Of a stretch of 64,000 nucleotides of DNA, positions 1 through 8,323 are shown in pieces. A program made the translations under genes and the position numbers. The stretch is from Synechococcus sp. Lineage in GTDB: Bacteria; Cyanobacteriota; Cyanobacteriia; PCC-6307; Cyanobiaceae. Position 1 is the first letter of the stretch; each line of letters opens with the position of its first letter. The stretch spans positions 992,001 through 1,056,000 of the forward strand of contig JBJBCN010000002.1 in NCBI GenBank assembly GCA_047285805.1. Reading direction: 5' to 3'. The notes under the pieces are model-generated. The model made no database searches. It had not been told where the DNA came from and saw only the letters and a program-made list of their open reading frames with translations.

Positions 1-515
1 TGGATCGCAAAGCTGTACCAGCGGAATGTGCCGTCGTAGGTGTTGAAGGCAAAGGGCTGCTTGACGCTGTCGATCGGCTCCAAGCTGATGTAGCCAATCC
101 CGTATTCACCGACCTCGCCATCGCCTTTGAAGTCAATGGAATTCATGTTCTTGAAGAGGGTCTCTTCGAGCTCGGCCTTGCTCTTGCCGGATTGGGCGAT
201 CAACTTGGGATCCATCTCAAAGTTGTCCTTGCTCAGGATCGCGTTGACCTTGAAGCGGCCCAGGGGGGTGTAGCCCTCTTCAAAGCGGGTGTTAGCGCAG
301 GTCACCCCTAGGCGCCCGAAGCCCACCTGAAACGTCGTCCGCTCATCGCCTCGCACCATCACCCCGTTGCTCTTGGCGGGGATGTTCTGGTCGATCTCGA
401 TCGTGATCGGAGCGGTGACCAGCGTTGCGCCAGTGACCGTGGTCTTGGGGGAGCTAACGCAACCGCTTAAGGCGAGGGCCAAGGCGATCCCGGCCAGCGA
501 GGTGAGACGTCGCAT
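1..515 (-). CDS. L,D-transpeptidase (YkuD-like) family lipoprotein, 3' end outside window
   Basis: Manual translation MRRLTSLAGIALALALSGC (lipobox) ...EGYTPLGRFKV...FRWYSFAI(H), running off the window edge at the expected IHG motif. Confidence 0.7.
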   Translation of the reverse strand, partial: MRRLTSLAGIALALALSGCVSSPKTTVTGATLVTAPITIEIDQNIPAKSNGVMVRGDERTTFQVGFGRLGVTCANTRFEEGYTPLGRFKVNAILSKDNFEMDPKLIAQSGKSKAELEETLFKNMNSIDFKGDGEVGEYGIGYISLEPIDSVKQPFAFNTYDGTFRWYSFAI

Positions 516-626
516 CCGGGAGCCAGTTCACTGCCTCCATGTTGGCGAGGGCGCCTGGATTTGCATCCAAAAACCCTGGACGGCCGGCGCTCCGGGATTC
601 ACCATGAAGGCAGGCACCCTGACGCG

Positions 627-926
627 ATGGACGACGCACTGCTGGCCCTGGTTGAAGATCTGGGATCGGGGAACGTGCTCGATGCCGAAACCCTGGAGGG
701 ATGCACGGTCGAGCCCCATGAGCTCGATGAGATGGATGAGGACCAGGCAGCCATCGTCGCGGCCCATGTCTTTGAGCAGCTCTTTGACCACGACGTCTCA
801 CAGCAGCACGGGGAATCCGCCGACCCCGATGAGGGGGTCTGGAGCGGCACGGTGGATTCCTTCAAGTTCACGATCGAACGCGATGACGTTGGTGATCTGG
901 TGGTGAACTTCAGCGGTGGGGACTGA
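627..926 (+). CDS. Acidic hypothetical protein (99 aa)
   Basis: ATG at 627 within ORF 561..926; MDDALLALVEDLGSG..., D/E-rich, genome-typical codon usage. Confidence 0.65.
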   Translation: MDDALLALVEDLGSGNVLDAETLEGCTVEPHELDEMDEDQAAIVAAHVFEQLFDHDVSQQHGESADPDEGVWSGTVDSFKFTIERDDVGDLVVNFSGGD

Positions 927-959
927 GAGGCATGGCCCAAGCCACCTGGCCAGTGAAGC

Positions 960-1104
960 TGTAGACAGTGCGTCGACGTTTGATCGCGCCTTGAGCGAAC
1001 TGAAGAGCGGCTGCGAACACAGCCACTGGATTTGGTTTGTGTTGCCGGCCATGCAACAGATGGCAGAGCCCGGGGTGCTTCACCATGCTCAGAGTCTCCG
1101 TTGA
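960..1104 (+). pseudogene. DUF1810-like N-terminal fragment
   Basis: FDRALSELKSGCEHSHWIWFVLP resembles the DUF1810 ALxELxxGxKxSHWxWFxFP motif; similarity ends directly after it. Confidence 0.55.
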
Positions 1105-1120
1105 TGCGCACGGGTCCGCG

Positions 1121-1335
1121 ATGAACACCCCCGCCCCCGACTGGATGCCGGATGCCTCGAAAGGCACCTACCCGGGCTGGGTGCAACACAAGGCAGTGAC
1201 AGTGGCGAAGCGGGATCAGAAACGCGGCGGTGTTGGCAATGTGCAGCAGTACCGGCTGGCGATGCATGAGGCGGTGCTGGCCTCAGAGGGCCGCGACCAC
1301 TGAACTGGGGAATGGCTCGCCTGGGAGCTTGAGGA
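1121..1335 (+). pseudogene. Truncated hypothetical (possibly HNH-like) gene with in-frame TGA
   Basis: ...WVQHKAVTVAKRDQKRGG...HEAVLASEGRDH*TGEWLAWEL; the TGA at 1301-1303 reads naturally as a mutated Trp codon. Confidence 0.45.
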
Positions 1336-1520
1336 TCAGGTTGGTTCCTTCTTCTCCATCGTTGGTAAACGCGTGCTCCCCCAGCCCGCCGAATCTCCCC
1401 AGCCGATCCCTGAGCAACTGGCGCACCGTCATCAACCGCAGGGGATCCCAGCGCGCATGACGCGGCACCGCGAACTGCCGCAGATCTGAGCGCAAACGGT
1501 GATGGAGCTCAATCCATACC
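1320..1520 (-). pseudogene. M28 family peptidase N-terminal fragment
   Basis: PRHARWDPLRLMTVRQLLRDRLGRFGGLGEHAF...GTNLILKLPG resembles the cyanobacterial M28 N-terminus; no catalytic region follows. Confidence 0.5.
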
Positions 1521-1573
1521 TTCCATCCTGAGAACGAACTCAACGGAGGAGCTGGATCAATCCTCTTGCCAAT

Positions 1574-1640
1574 AAAAAAACCGCCGGTACTCCTACCGGC
1601 GGCGGAACATCCCGTACCCATGACTTGTGTTCCACAAGTT
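1574..1640 (-). ncRNA. Candidate sRNA, PsrR1-like architecture
   Basis: Minus strand: hairpin ACTTGTG-GAA-CACAAGT, single-stranded ATGGGTACGGGATGTT, terminator CCGCCGGTA-GGAG-TACCGGCGG-T7. Confidence 0.55.
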
Positions 1641-1699
1641 CTGGACTACGTAATCACGCTACGGAAGAAGAACCATTCGTCTGGAGCCCTTAGTACTTC

Positions 1700-2185
1700 T
1701 TATCCAGGGCTCAAGACCATTTGATGGCGGCTGCTAACCAATTCACCGGTGCAGCTCACAGGCAGCAGCTTGGAGTGCCCTCCGCTGTACCAAAGCTCGA
1801 CCAAGGCCGCGCATCTGATCTCGGGGTTAGCCCCAGCCAGCAACCAGAGCTCGTCATGCAGCAACTGGGTCTGATCCGGCGTGCCCAAGTACCAAGGGGC
1901 CTGAGAGTCAGCCGAAAGCTCCTCGTGGAGAAGCAACAGCGCATCCAGAACGTCAGCAGCCAATTCAGGCGTCATGCCTCCATCCAGGCACAGCGCCTGG
2001 CCAAAAGCAAGCAGAGCAAAGGCTTAGCGCTGCGGCATGCCCTCAGCGGGATTGAGATTGCGCTGCAGCTCCGCCGGATGGCAATGGGGCTGTCGCATAA
2101 CCTCCTCACGCCAACTCCAAACCGCCTTGTGCACTGCAGGGCGAACATGATGGGAACCAGAGCGGGACGTCGAATGCATGGCCAT
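1700..2185 (-). pseudogene. Hypothetical gene split by an in-frame TAA
   Basis: ORFs 2024..2239 and 1700..1975 are in the same frame, separated only by TAA at 2024-2026. Confidence 0.4.
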
Positions 2186-2416
2186 AGACGGGACTCTCTC
2201 TCCAGAGTCGAGAGAACAAGAGGAGTGAACTGTGCGCACGGAACACCTGCAGAGGATTAGGTGCTGATGCGCTCTCCGAAAATGAAGACGCGCATTCGCG
2301 AAGCAATCTCCCTATCCGTAGCAACGGAAACTAGATTCTGTGTACTGAGTTCAGATTGAACAAACTTTAAGGTCCTACTTAGGGGAGGTTTAACCCATCC
2401 AACACATCCCCAAACC

Positions 2417-2488
2417 ATGGAAATCCTTGCAGTCATCGCCATCGTCGGTGCAGCTTTCGGTGGTGCCGCTGCCATGACCAAGAACTGA
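2417..2488 (+). CDS. 23-aa hydrophobic microprotein MEILAVIAIVGAAFGGAAAMTKN
   Basis: ATG..TGA, ATC/GGT/GCT/TTC/AAC codons typical of highly expressed genes, C/A-rich leader, terminator directly downstream. Confidence 0.65.
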   Translation: MEILAVIAIVGAAFGGAAAMTKN

Positions 2489-2512
2489 GCTTCAACAATC
2501 ACAGAGAACCTG

Positions 2513-2546
2513 AACCCCCCGGGCCTGACCCGTGGGGTTTTTCTTT
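2513..2546 (+). terminator. Intrinsic terminator after the microprotein gene
   Basis: AACCCCCCGGG-CCTGA-CCCGTGGGGTT followed by a T-rich tail. Confidence 0.7.
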
Positions 2547-2623
2547 GTCCGCATGTTGTGTGGGCAGAACGCTCAGGTCTCTGCATAGTTGGACGGAAGA
2601 ACGGATACGGCCTTGAGGTGCCC

Positions 2624-4006
2624 ATGGCCCCCCACCTCTGCGGCCGCGAAACCGAGATCCGCTCGGCGATGGCCGCCGGCGGCCGCTACTGGTCCACTCA
2701 GTCGCCGTCACGGCTTGATCAGCTGCGCTCGGGGTTTGCCTGCGCGCTGCACATGCACCAGCCGACCATTCCGGCAGGCCCAGATGGAGCGCTGATCTCC
2801 AACCTGCAGTACATGCTTGAGCACCCAAGCGAGGGGGAAAACCACAACGCCGAGCCCTTCGCGCAGTGCTACCGGCGCCTTGCTGATCTGATCCCCCAGC
2901 TGATCGAGCAGGGCTGCAGCCCGCGGATCATGCTCGACATCTCCGGAAATCTGCTCTGGGGGGCCGAGCAGATGGGCCGCAGCGACATCACCGAGGCCTG
3001 GCGTTACCTGGCCTGTGATCCCCAAATGCAACGGCATGTCGAGTGGCTTGGCACCTTCTGGGGCCACGCCGTCGCCCCCTCGACGCCGATCCCGGATCTA
3101 CGGCTGCAGATTGAGGCCTGGCAGCATCAGTTCGCCGCAGCCTTCGGCCTGGAGGCCCTGCAGCGGGTGCGCGGTTTCTCCCTGCCGGAGATGGCCCTGC
3201 CCAATCACCCCGACACCCTCTTTGCCCTGGTGGAGGCCCTGCAGCAGGCCGGCTACCGCTGGCTTCTGCTCCAGGAGCACAGCGTGGAGACCCTCAGCGG
3301 CGACGTCCTGAGCGAAGCCCAGAAGTACCTGCCCAATCGCCTGATCGCCCGCAATGGACGGGGTGAGCGGCGGAAGATCACCGCCTTGATCAAGACCCAG
3401 GGCTCTGACACCAAATTGGTCGGCCAGATGCAGCCCTACTACGAGGCGATCAGCCGCGATCGGCTCCCCTTGGGAGCGATGAGCGTGCCGTCCCTCGTTT
3501 CCCAGATCGCCGATGGCGAGAACGGCGGCGTGATGATGAACGAATTCCCCGAGGCCTTCCTCCAGGCCCACCAACGTTGCGCCAGCGAAGCCGGCACCGC
3601 CGCCATCAACGGCAGCGAATACCTCGAGCTCCTGGGCAACACGGATGACTATCCCGCCATCCAGGCCGCCGGTCAGCAGCAACTCCTTGATGGGCTCGGC
3701 GAGCACTGGAGCAGCGAGCAGCTCCAAAAGCGGATCGATGCCGGCTGCAACGTCGAAGGGGCCTCCTGGACCAACGACCTCAGCTGGGTGAAGGGCTACG
3801 AGAGCGTCCTTGAACCGATGGCCCAACTCAGCGCCGCCTTCCACCGGCGCTACCCCACACCCCAGACCATCGACCCCAACTACCAAGAGGCGCTGCTGCA
3901 CCTCCTGCTGCTCGAAACCAGCTGCTTTCGCTACTGGGGCCAGGGCACCTGGACGGAGTACGCCCAGACCATCCACCGCCGCGGGCAGGCGCTCCTGGAG
4001 CGCTAA
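2624..4006 (+). CDS. Glycoside hydrolase family 57 protein
   Basis: ALHMHQP motif, GFSLPEMALP nucleophile region, QIADGENGG acid/base region; start chosen at ATG 2624. Confidence 0.88.
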   Translation: MAPHLCGRETEIRSAMAAGGRYWSTQSPSRLDQLRSGFACALHMHQPTIPAGPDGALISNLQYMLEHPSEGENHNAEPFAQCYRRLADLIPQLIEQGCSPRIMLDISGNLLWGAEQMGRSDITEAWRYLACDPQMQRHVEWLGTFWGHAVAPSTPIPDLRLQIEAWQHQFAAAFGLEALQRVRGFSLPEMALPNHPDTLFALVEALQQAGYRWLLLQEHSVETLSGDVLSEAQKYLPNRLIARNGRGERRKITALIKTQGSDTKLVGQMQPYYEAISRDRLPLGAMSVPSLVSQIADGENGGVMMNEFPEAFLQAHQRCASEAGTAAINGSEYLELLGNTDDYPAIQAAGQQQLLDGLGEHWSSEQLQKRIDAGCNVEGASWTNDLSWVKGYESVLEPMAQLSAAFHRRYPTPQTIDPNYQEALLHLLLLETSCFRYWGQGTWTEYAQTIHRRGQALLER

Positions 4007-4158
4007 AGCCAGAGCGCCCCGATCAGCAGACCCATCAAGAGACCAACACCCCAGGCCAGCCAGGCCCCTTGGTATTCACTCTTGAGCCCGAGCTTTTTCT
4101 TGATCCAGAAATAGGAGCGCTCATCGGCGCGCAGCAACTGGCGAAAGGGATTCTCCAT
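4003..4158 (-). CDS. 51-aa small membrane protein
   Basis: MENPFRQLLRADERSYFWIKKKLGLKSEYQGAWLAWGVGLLMGLLIGALWL*; basic segment plus C-terminal TM helix; below ORF-track cutoff. Confidence 0.65.
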   Translation of the reverse strand: MENPFRQLLRADERSYFWIKKKLGLKSEYQGAWLAWGVGLLMGLLIGALWL

Positions 4159-4208
4159 ACCCGAGCTATAGCCACGGAGGCACCAGTAGGAACACCCCAG
4201 CTAGTGAA

Positions 4209-4826
4209 GTGAGCGGGCATGCATCCATCCGTGCGCGACTGGCTGAGGCAGAGCCGCCTGCACCAGCACCTGCCGGAGCCCAGTGTGCTGGAGTTGCCCT
4301 CCTGATTCAAAGCTGGCAGCAGCGTCCCGGCGGCCCAGGTCAAGCACCAGGGGCCATTCGCAAACGGGGCCAACGCGCCGGCGATCAGCTCGTCTGCCAC
4401 AACCTCGCCCTGCTGGCCTTCAGCTGGTGATAACAACAGTGCCAGCTCAGCGCGGACGATACCTCCACGGCCGATGCCCTGCAGGAACGGGCCCTCAATC
4501 TGCTGCGGGCCGCGGAGAAATTTGATGCAGCCCGGGGCTATCGCTTCTCGAACTACGCCAGCTTCTGAATCCACCGCGGATTGCATCGATATTGCGAGCA
4601 CGAGCGCCGCAACATTGCCTTCCTCCGTGATCAAACAACCCCGGGTGTTCAAGGCCTAACGGCTCAACGAAGAGGTCATGCAGCGCAAGGGAAGATAGCC
4701 CAGCCTGCGCTGGCTGGCCGCCCAGCTGAGCACGGACAAGAGCAGGATCAAGCCGGAGCAGGTAGGAGGACTCTGTGCAGCTGGCGTGACACCCAGACCT
4801 GCGCAATTGGGGACTTTGCTGCTTAA
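4209..4826 (+). pseudogene. Sigma-70 family sigma factor pseudogene
   Basis: One frame reads RGQRAGDQLVCHNLAL...**...DALQERALNLLRAAEKFDAARGYRFSNYASF*IHRG (region 2); a shifted frame reads KGR*PSLRWLAAQL (region 3); stops at 4428, 4431, 4566. Confidence 0.8.
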
Positions 4827-5338
4827 GTCAAAACAGAAGAGTCGCCCTCGCCTCAGGATCTACCGCAAAAGAGCGGATGGCAAACCAGGCGCCCTGAATC
4901 CTGAGGACCTCCGCCCACAGATCCATCAGCTGCAGCGGGCCGTCGCCGAACTGCAACAGGGCTAGGAATTGCGGTGTGCTCCGCCAATGAACGCCTGATT
5001 GGGATCGTCTCCCTACTCCTCGAGGGATGCGATTTGGCGAGGCGCTCCATCGCTGAACTGCTCGCCCTGCCGCTACTCCAGCATAAAAACTACTGGTTTG
5101 TGAGGACGAGCTCGCCGAGCTCGAGCTACTGCAAGTCGCCCAAAAGCTCAAAGCCGTCGCCGATCAACGGGGCGGCTTTGAAGCCGAGCTCTTCGATCTG
5201 ATGGTCTCCATCGCCGATGTGCTCGAGGTCGACCACGACTGGCCCCGCAGCCAGTCGAACAATGTCTGATGCGGATGGGGCTCTGGGAGTAGGGCTTCGC
5301 GTGCGAGGGTTGGAACCCTTCTCAGTCCTGCAAGGATT

Positions 5339-5566
5339 TCAGGTAAGTGGCTTGCCTGGCCCCTGCTGCCCCTCGAGGTTGCTTGCGCTGCGCAGGCTCA
5401 CCTGGGCATCGATACAGCGGTTGTAGCGGTGGGTGTTCACCGCCTGTGGGATCTGCAGCAGCGCCAGGGCCAACAGGCTGAAGCTGGCGACTACGGCCAG
5501 AACCGGGTAGGTGTGGGCCCGCACCATCTCGCGGGCACTGAATTGCTGTCCGTTGTGATCAGCCAT
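5339..5566 (-). CDS. Small hypothetical membrane protein, possibly 3'-frameshifted
   Basis: MADH...RAHTYPVLAVVASFSLLALALLQIPQAV...YNRCIDAQ; starts 3 bp after the desaturase stop. Confidence 0.6.
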   Translation of the reverse strand: MADHNGQQFSAREMVRAHTYPVLAVVASFSLLALALLQIPQAVNTHRYNRCIDAQVSLRSASNLEGQQGPGKPLT

Positions 5567-5569
5567 GGT

Positions 5570-6709
5570 TCAGAAGTAGAACGCGCCATCCACCGGCGAT
5601 TGCCGCACCGCCTTGCAGCGGCTGGCCACACGCCAGAGGGCCATGTGAATCGGTGTGGGGTCAAACCGCACCAGCTCCGGATAGCGCTGCCGGAGCAGGG
5701 CGGTCCCGCGCCAGGCGTTGTAGTGGGGGATGGCCGAGTTCACGTGGTGGCAGACGTGAGTTGAGCCAATGCCGTGGTGCAGCAGGTTGATCAGCGGGCC
5801 ATAGGGCCGGTCCACGGTCTGCAGCGCCCCCTTTACCCAGGTCCAGCGGAGGGAGTCGTAGTGGGGGATCTCCACATCAGTGTGCTGCAGCCAGGTGTAA
5901 ATCACCAGCCAGCCATTCACAACCACATAAGGAAGGCCGTACACCGCCAGCACCCGCAGGGGTGAGAACTGAATCGCAGCCACCACCAGGGCGGCGAGCA
6001 CCACCAGCAAGCCCACGTTGGAACGAACCATCCAGCGGCGGAAAGCGCGCGGGAAGAGAGGGCGCTGCAGGGGAACTCCCGGCTTCGGCATCCGGAAGTG
6101 GGAGACCGGATGGCCGTAGGCCTCACCGCCGGTGACACCAAGCAGCAGATAGAGCGGCCAGCCAATCACTAGGTGATTGAACAAGGCCACCACCGCCGCC
6201 AGGGGGCGACCGAGCTTGCGGCTCAGTCCTTGGGTGAATTGACCCATGGGCGAGCTGGCCCTCGGGGGCACGTGGGTCTGGCCCCGCTCCAGCTCATTGC
6301 AATAGGCGTGGTGGACCGCATGGCTGCGGGCCCAGCAGTAGTAGGGAACCAGCAGCAGGCTGTGCAGAACGAAGCCCACGACCCCCTCAACCCGGCGGTT
6401 GGGATGGAAGGCGTTGTGGCCGCACTCATGGGCCAGGACCCAACAGCCCATGGCCACGGTGCCGGTCACCACTCCATAGACGAGCCAGAGCGGCAGGGCC
6501 GCCCAGCTCAGGGGAATCAACGTCCCCATGCCATAGGCGAAGAGGGAGAGGCCCAAGGAGAGTGCGAGGCTGCCCCAGGACTTGAGCGGGTCATGTCGCA
6601 GGAGCTCGTCCGGCAAGGCTCCGAGCAGTTCGGCCTTGCTTGGGAAGTCCTGATCGGCGGTGCTGATCGGCCACAGGGAGAGGGGAGAGACGGCCACGGT
6701 CAAAGGCAC
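5570..6709 (-). CDS. desA: Delta-12 (omega-6) fatty acid desaturase, FAD2-like
   Basis: His boxes HECGH, HAVHH, HVCHH; TWLQHT and GALQTVDRPYG motifs; start approximate. Confidence 0.85.
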   Translation of the reverse strand: MPLTVAVSPLSLWPISTADQDFPSKAELLGALPDELLRHDPLKSWGSLALSLGLSLFAYGMGTLIPLSWAALPLWLVYGVVTGTVAMGCWVLAHECGHNAFHPNRRVEGVVGFVLHSLLLVPYYCWARSHAVHHAYCNELERGQTHVPPRASSPMGQFTQGLSRKLGRPLAAVVALFNHLVIGWPLYLLLGVTGGEAYGHPVSHFRMPKPGVPLQRPLFPRAFRRWMVRSNVGLLVVLAALVVAAIQFSPLRVLAVYGLPYVVVNGWLVIYTWLQHTDVEIPHYDSLRWTWVKGALQTVDRPYGPLINLLHHGIGSTHVCHHVNSAIPHYNAWRGTALLRQRYPELVRFDPTPIHMALWRVASRCKAVRQSPVDGAFYF

Positions 6710-6757
6710 CACCGGGTCAAACAGGACACAACGCTTTTCAGATTTACTTAAGAATCT

Positions 6758-7459
6758 ATGGACTGGTCCTCCGGCATCGCGAGAATGGCCCCCATAGTCC
6801 ATCCCCTGGTTTTTCTGATCGCCCCGCTGGCCCAGTTGCCCAAGGAAGAAACCAGCTGGGCGGCGCTCAGTGCCATTCAGAGCCCGAACACGGGGTTTTC
6901 CCTGCGCCTTTTCAGCGCTGCTGAAACAGAGATCAGCGACCTCGCCGGACTGCCCTGGGACGGCCAGTTGGACCCTGGCGGCGGCGGCGAACGGCGCCGC
7001 CTGATCTGCGATGCGGTCATTCCGCACTTCGATCCCGAGGCCAACGCCATCGGCGTCTATCAGCGCAGTCCTAATCCAGAGGTGCTCCGCTGCCTCGATC
7101 GCTTCATGCTGCAGGAGGCGGCCAACGAGACCTGCTGGTTCTATCCCACCCACGACGGTCACTTCCTGAGCTGGGAGCGTGAGGAAGCCCTCAGCCTCGA
7201 ACCCGGGGTGGTGGCCAGCGAAGCAGCAACCGACTTGCCCGAGAGCTATGAGCGCAGCCAGATCGCCCTGCTCTGGAGCCTGCTGGCCGATGACGAAAGC
7301 TTGACCTGCGTCGGCCTCACCTACGGCGGCCAACGGCTTGAGTGGGGCCAGCGCCTGGGGCACCCGGCTCCCGAGGCCCACTGGAGCCTTTTCAGCGTCG
7401 ACACCGAGGTCGAGGTCAGTCTGACGGTCAACGCCCGCCAAGCGGTCCAGGCGTCCTGA
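6758..7459 (+). CDS. Hypothetical protein
   Basis: 233-aa ORF with typical codon usage; stop overlaps the next ATG. Confidence 0.75.
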   Translation: MDWSSGIARMAPIVHPLVFLIAPLAQLPKEETSWAALSAIQSPNTGFSLRLFSAAETEISDLAGLPWDGQLDPGGGGERRRLICDAVIPHFDPEANAIGVYQRSPNPEVLRCLDRFMLQEAANETCWFYPTHDGHFLSWEREEALSLEPGVVASEAATDLPESYERSQIALLWSLLADDESLTCVGLTYGGQRLEWGQRLGHPAPEAHWSLFSVDTEVEVSLTVNARQAVQAS

Positions 7460-8031
7460 TGGGCAAGACCAGCACCCCACGGCGGCGAGAACTGCTCGCG
7501 CTGCTGCGGCAGCAGCCCCGGGGAAGGGCAAACCAAGAGCGCGGGCGGATCGAAACCCTGATCCAAGCCATCGAGCGCAGCCAGCCGGCCGACCTCTCGG
7601 ACCCCACCACCCAGGAGCTGCTGGAGGGGGTCTGGGAGTTGCGCTGGAGCACCAGCAAACAGACCTATCTCACTGTTGCCCCCTGGCTGGAGAACCTCCA
7701 GGGCCTGGCCCCCTCCCACGGCAAGGGCGTCAATCTGCTGCGCCTACCTGGCCCCCTGGGGGCCGTGGCGGGGATCGCCGTGGAAGCCGAGATCACCCTG
7801 GATCCTGACCGAGCCCAACGGGTGCAGGTGCGCTTTCGCCGCGGCGGCTGGGTGGGGCCAAGCCTGAGGGGGCACCGGCTGCAATGGCTCCACAGCGTCC
7901 AACAGTCCTTCCCGGCCTGGCTGGACATCACCGTCGTCGACCGGGAGCTGCGGATCTGCCGCGGCAATGCCGGAACCCTCTTCGCGCTGCTGCGGCGACC
8001 CGAGCTCCAGGTCAATCAACTGATCGCATAA
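7459..8031 (+). CDS. PAP/fibrillin family protein
   Basis: IETLIQAIE..., LLEGVWELRWST, WLDITVVDRELRICRGNAGTLFAL. Confidence 0.85.
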   Translation: MGKTSTPRRRELLALLRQQPRGRANQERGRIETLIQAIERSQPADLSDPTTQELLEGVWELRWSTSKQTYLTVAPWLENLQGLAPSHGKGVNLLRLPGPLGAVAGIAVEAEITLDPDRAQRVQVRFRRGGWVGPSLRGHRLQWLHSVQQSFPAWLDITVVDRELRICRGNAGTLFALLRRPELQVNQLIA

Positions 8032-8085
8032 AGGGATCTCACAGTGGTCCCAAGAGACCCTTTATATTTCGTAAAGAGGTTTCTC

Positions 8086-8111
8086 GAAGCGGGCTGCAGC
8101 TCGCTTTTTTT
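8086..8111 (+). terminator. Intrinsic terminator after fibrillin gene
   Basis: AAGCGGGC-TGCA-GCTCGCTT followed by a T run. Confidence 0.7.
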
Positions 8112-8323
8112 GTGTCCTGTGCCTTTCGTAGCCAAGGGAGGGCCTCCACTCCTGTAGAGCTTTAACAGGCGAATTTGGCCCGGCCCTTTGGCACCAACCC
8201 TGTCCCTACTGGCTGGCTTCTGTCTGCTGGGCTTTGCCTTGCTGCAGCTGATCTTTAACTGGCTGAACTGAGCTGAATACACAGAAAGCTCAACCGCCTC
8301 AAGGGACGATTGAGCCGTTCAAA

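Noticed and set aside
1301..1303. In-frame TGA at Trp positions (also 4566) as recoding or selenocysteine
   Set aside because: TGA ends many normal genes here and these loci carry other lesions; TGG-to-TGA decay is simpler
1649..1663. Palindrome GTA-N7-TAC as an NtcA box
   Set aside because: Canonical NtcA spacing is N8, so it cannot be assigned
4877..5269. Possible frameshifted plus-strand gene (..QLQRAVAELQQG*..ERLIGIVSLLLEG../..EAELFDLMVSIADVLEV)
   Set aside because: Protein-like, but no family recognised; too weak to call
6710..7531. N-terminal extension making the desaturase ORF 653 aa
   Set aside because: It is antisense to the gene at 6758..7459; desaturase-like sequence starts only near 6700
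8150..8271. Short hydrophobic plus-strand frame ending LLQLIFNWLN*
   Set aside because: No convincing start or family resemblance
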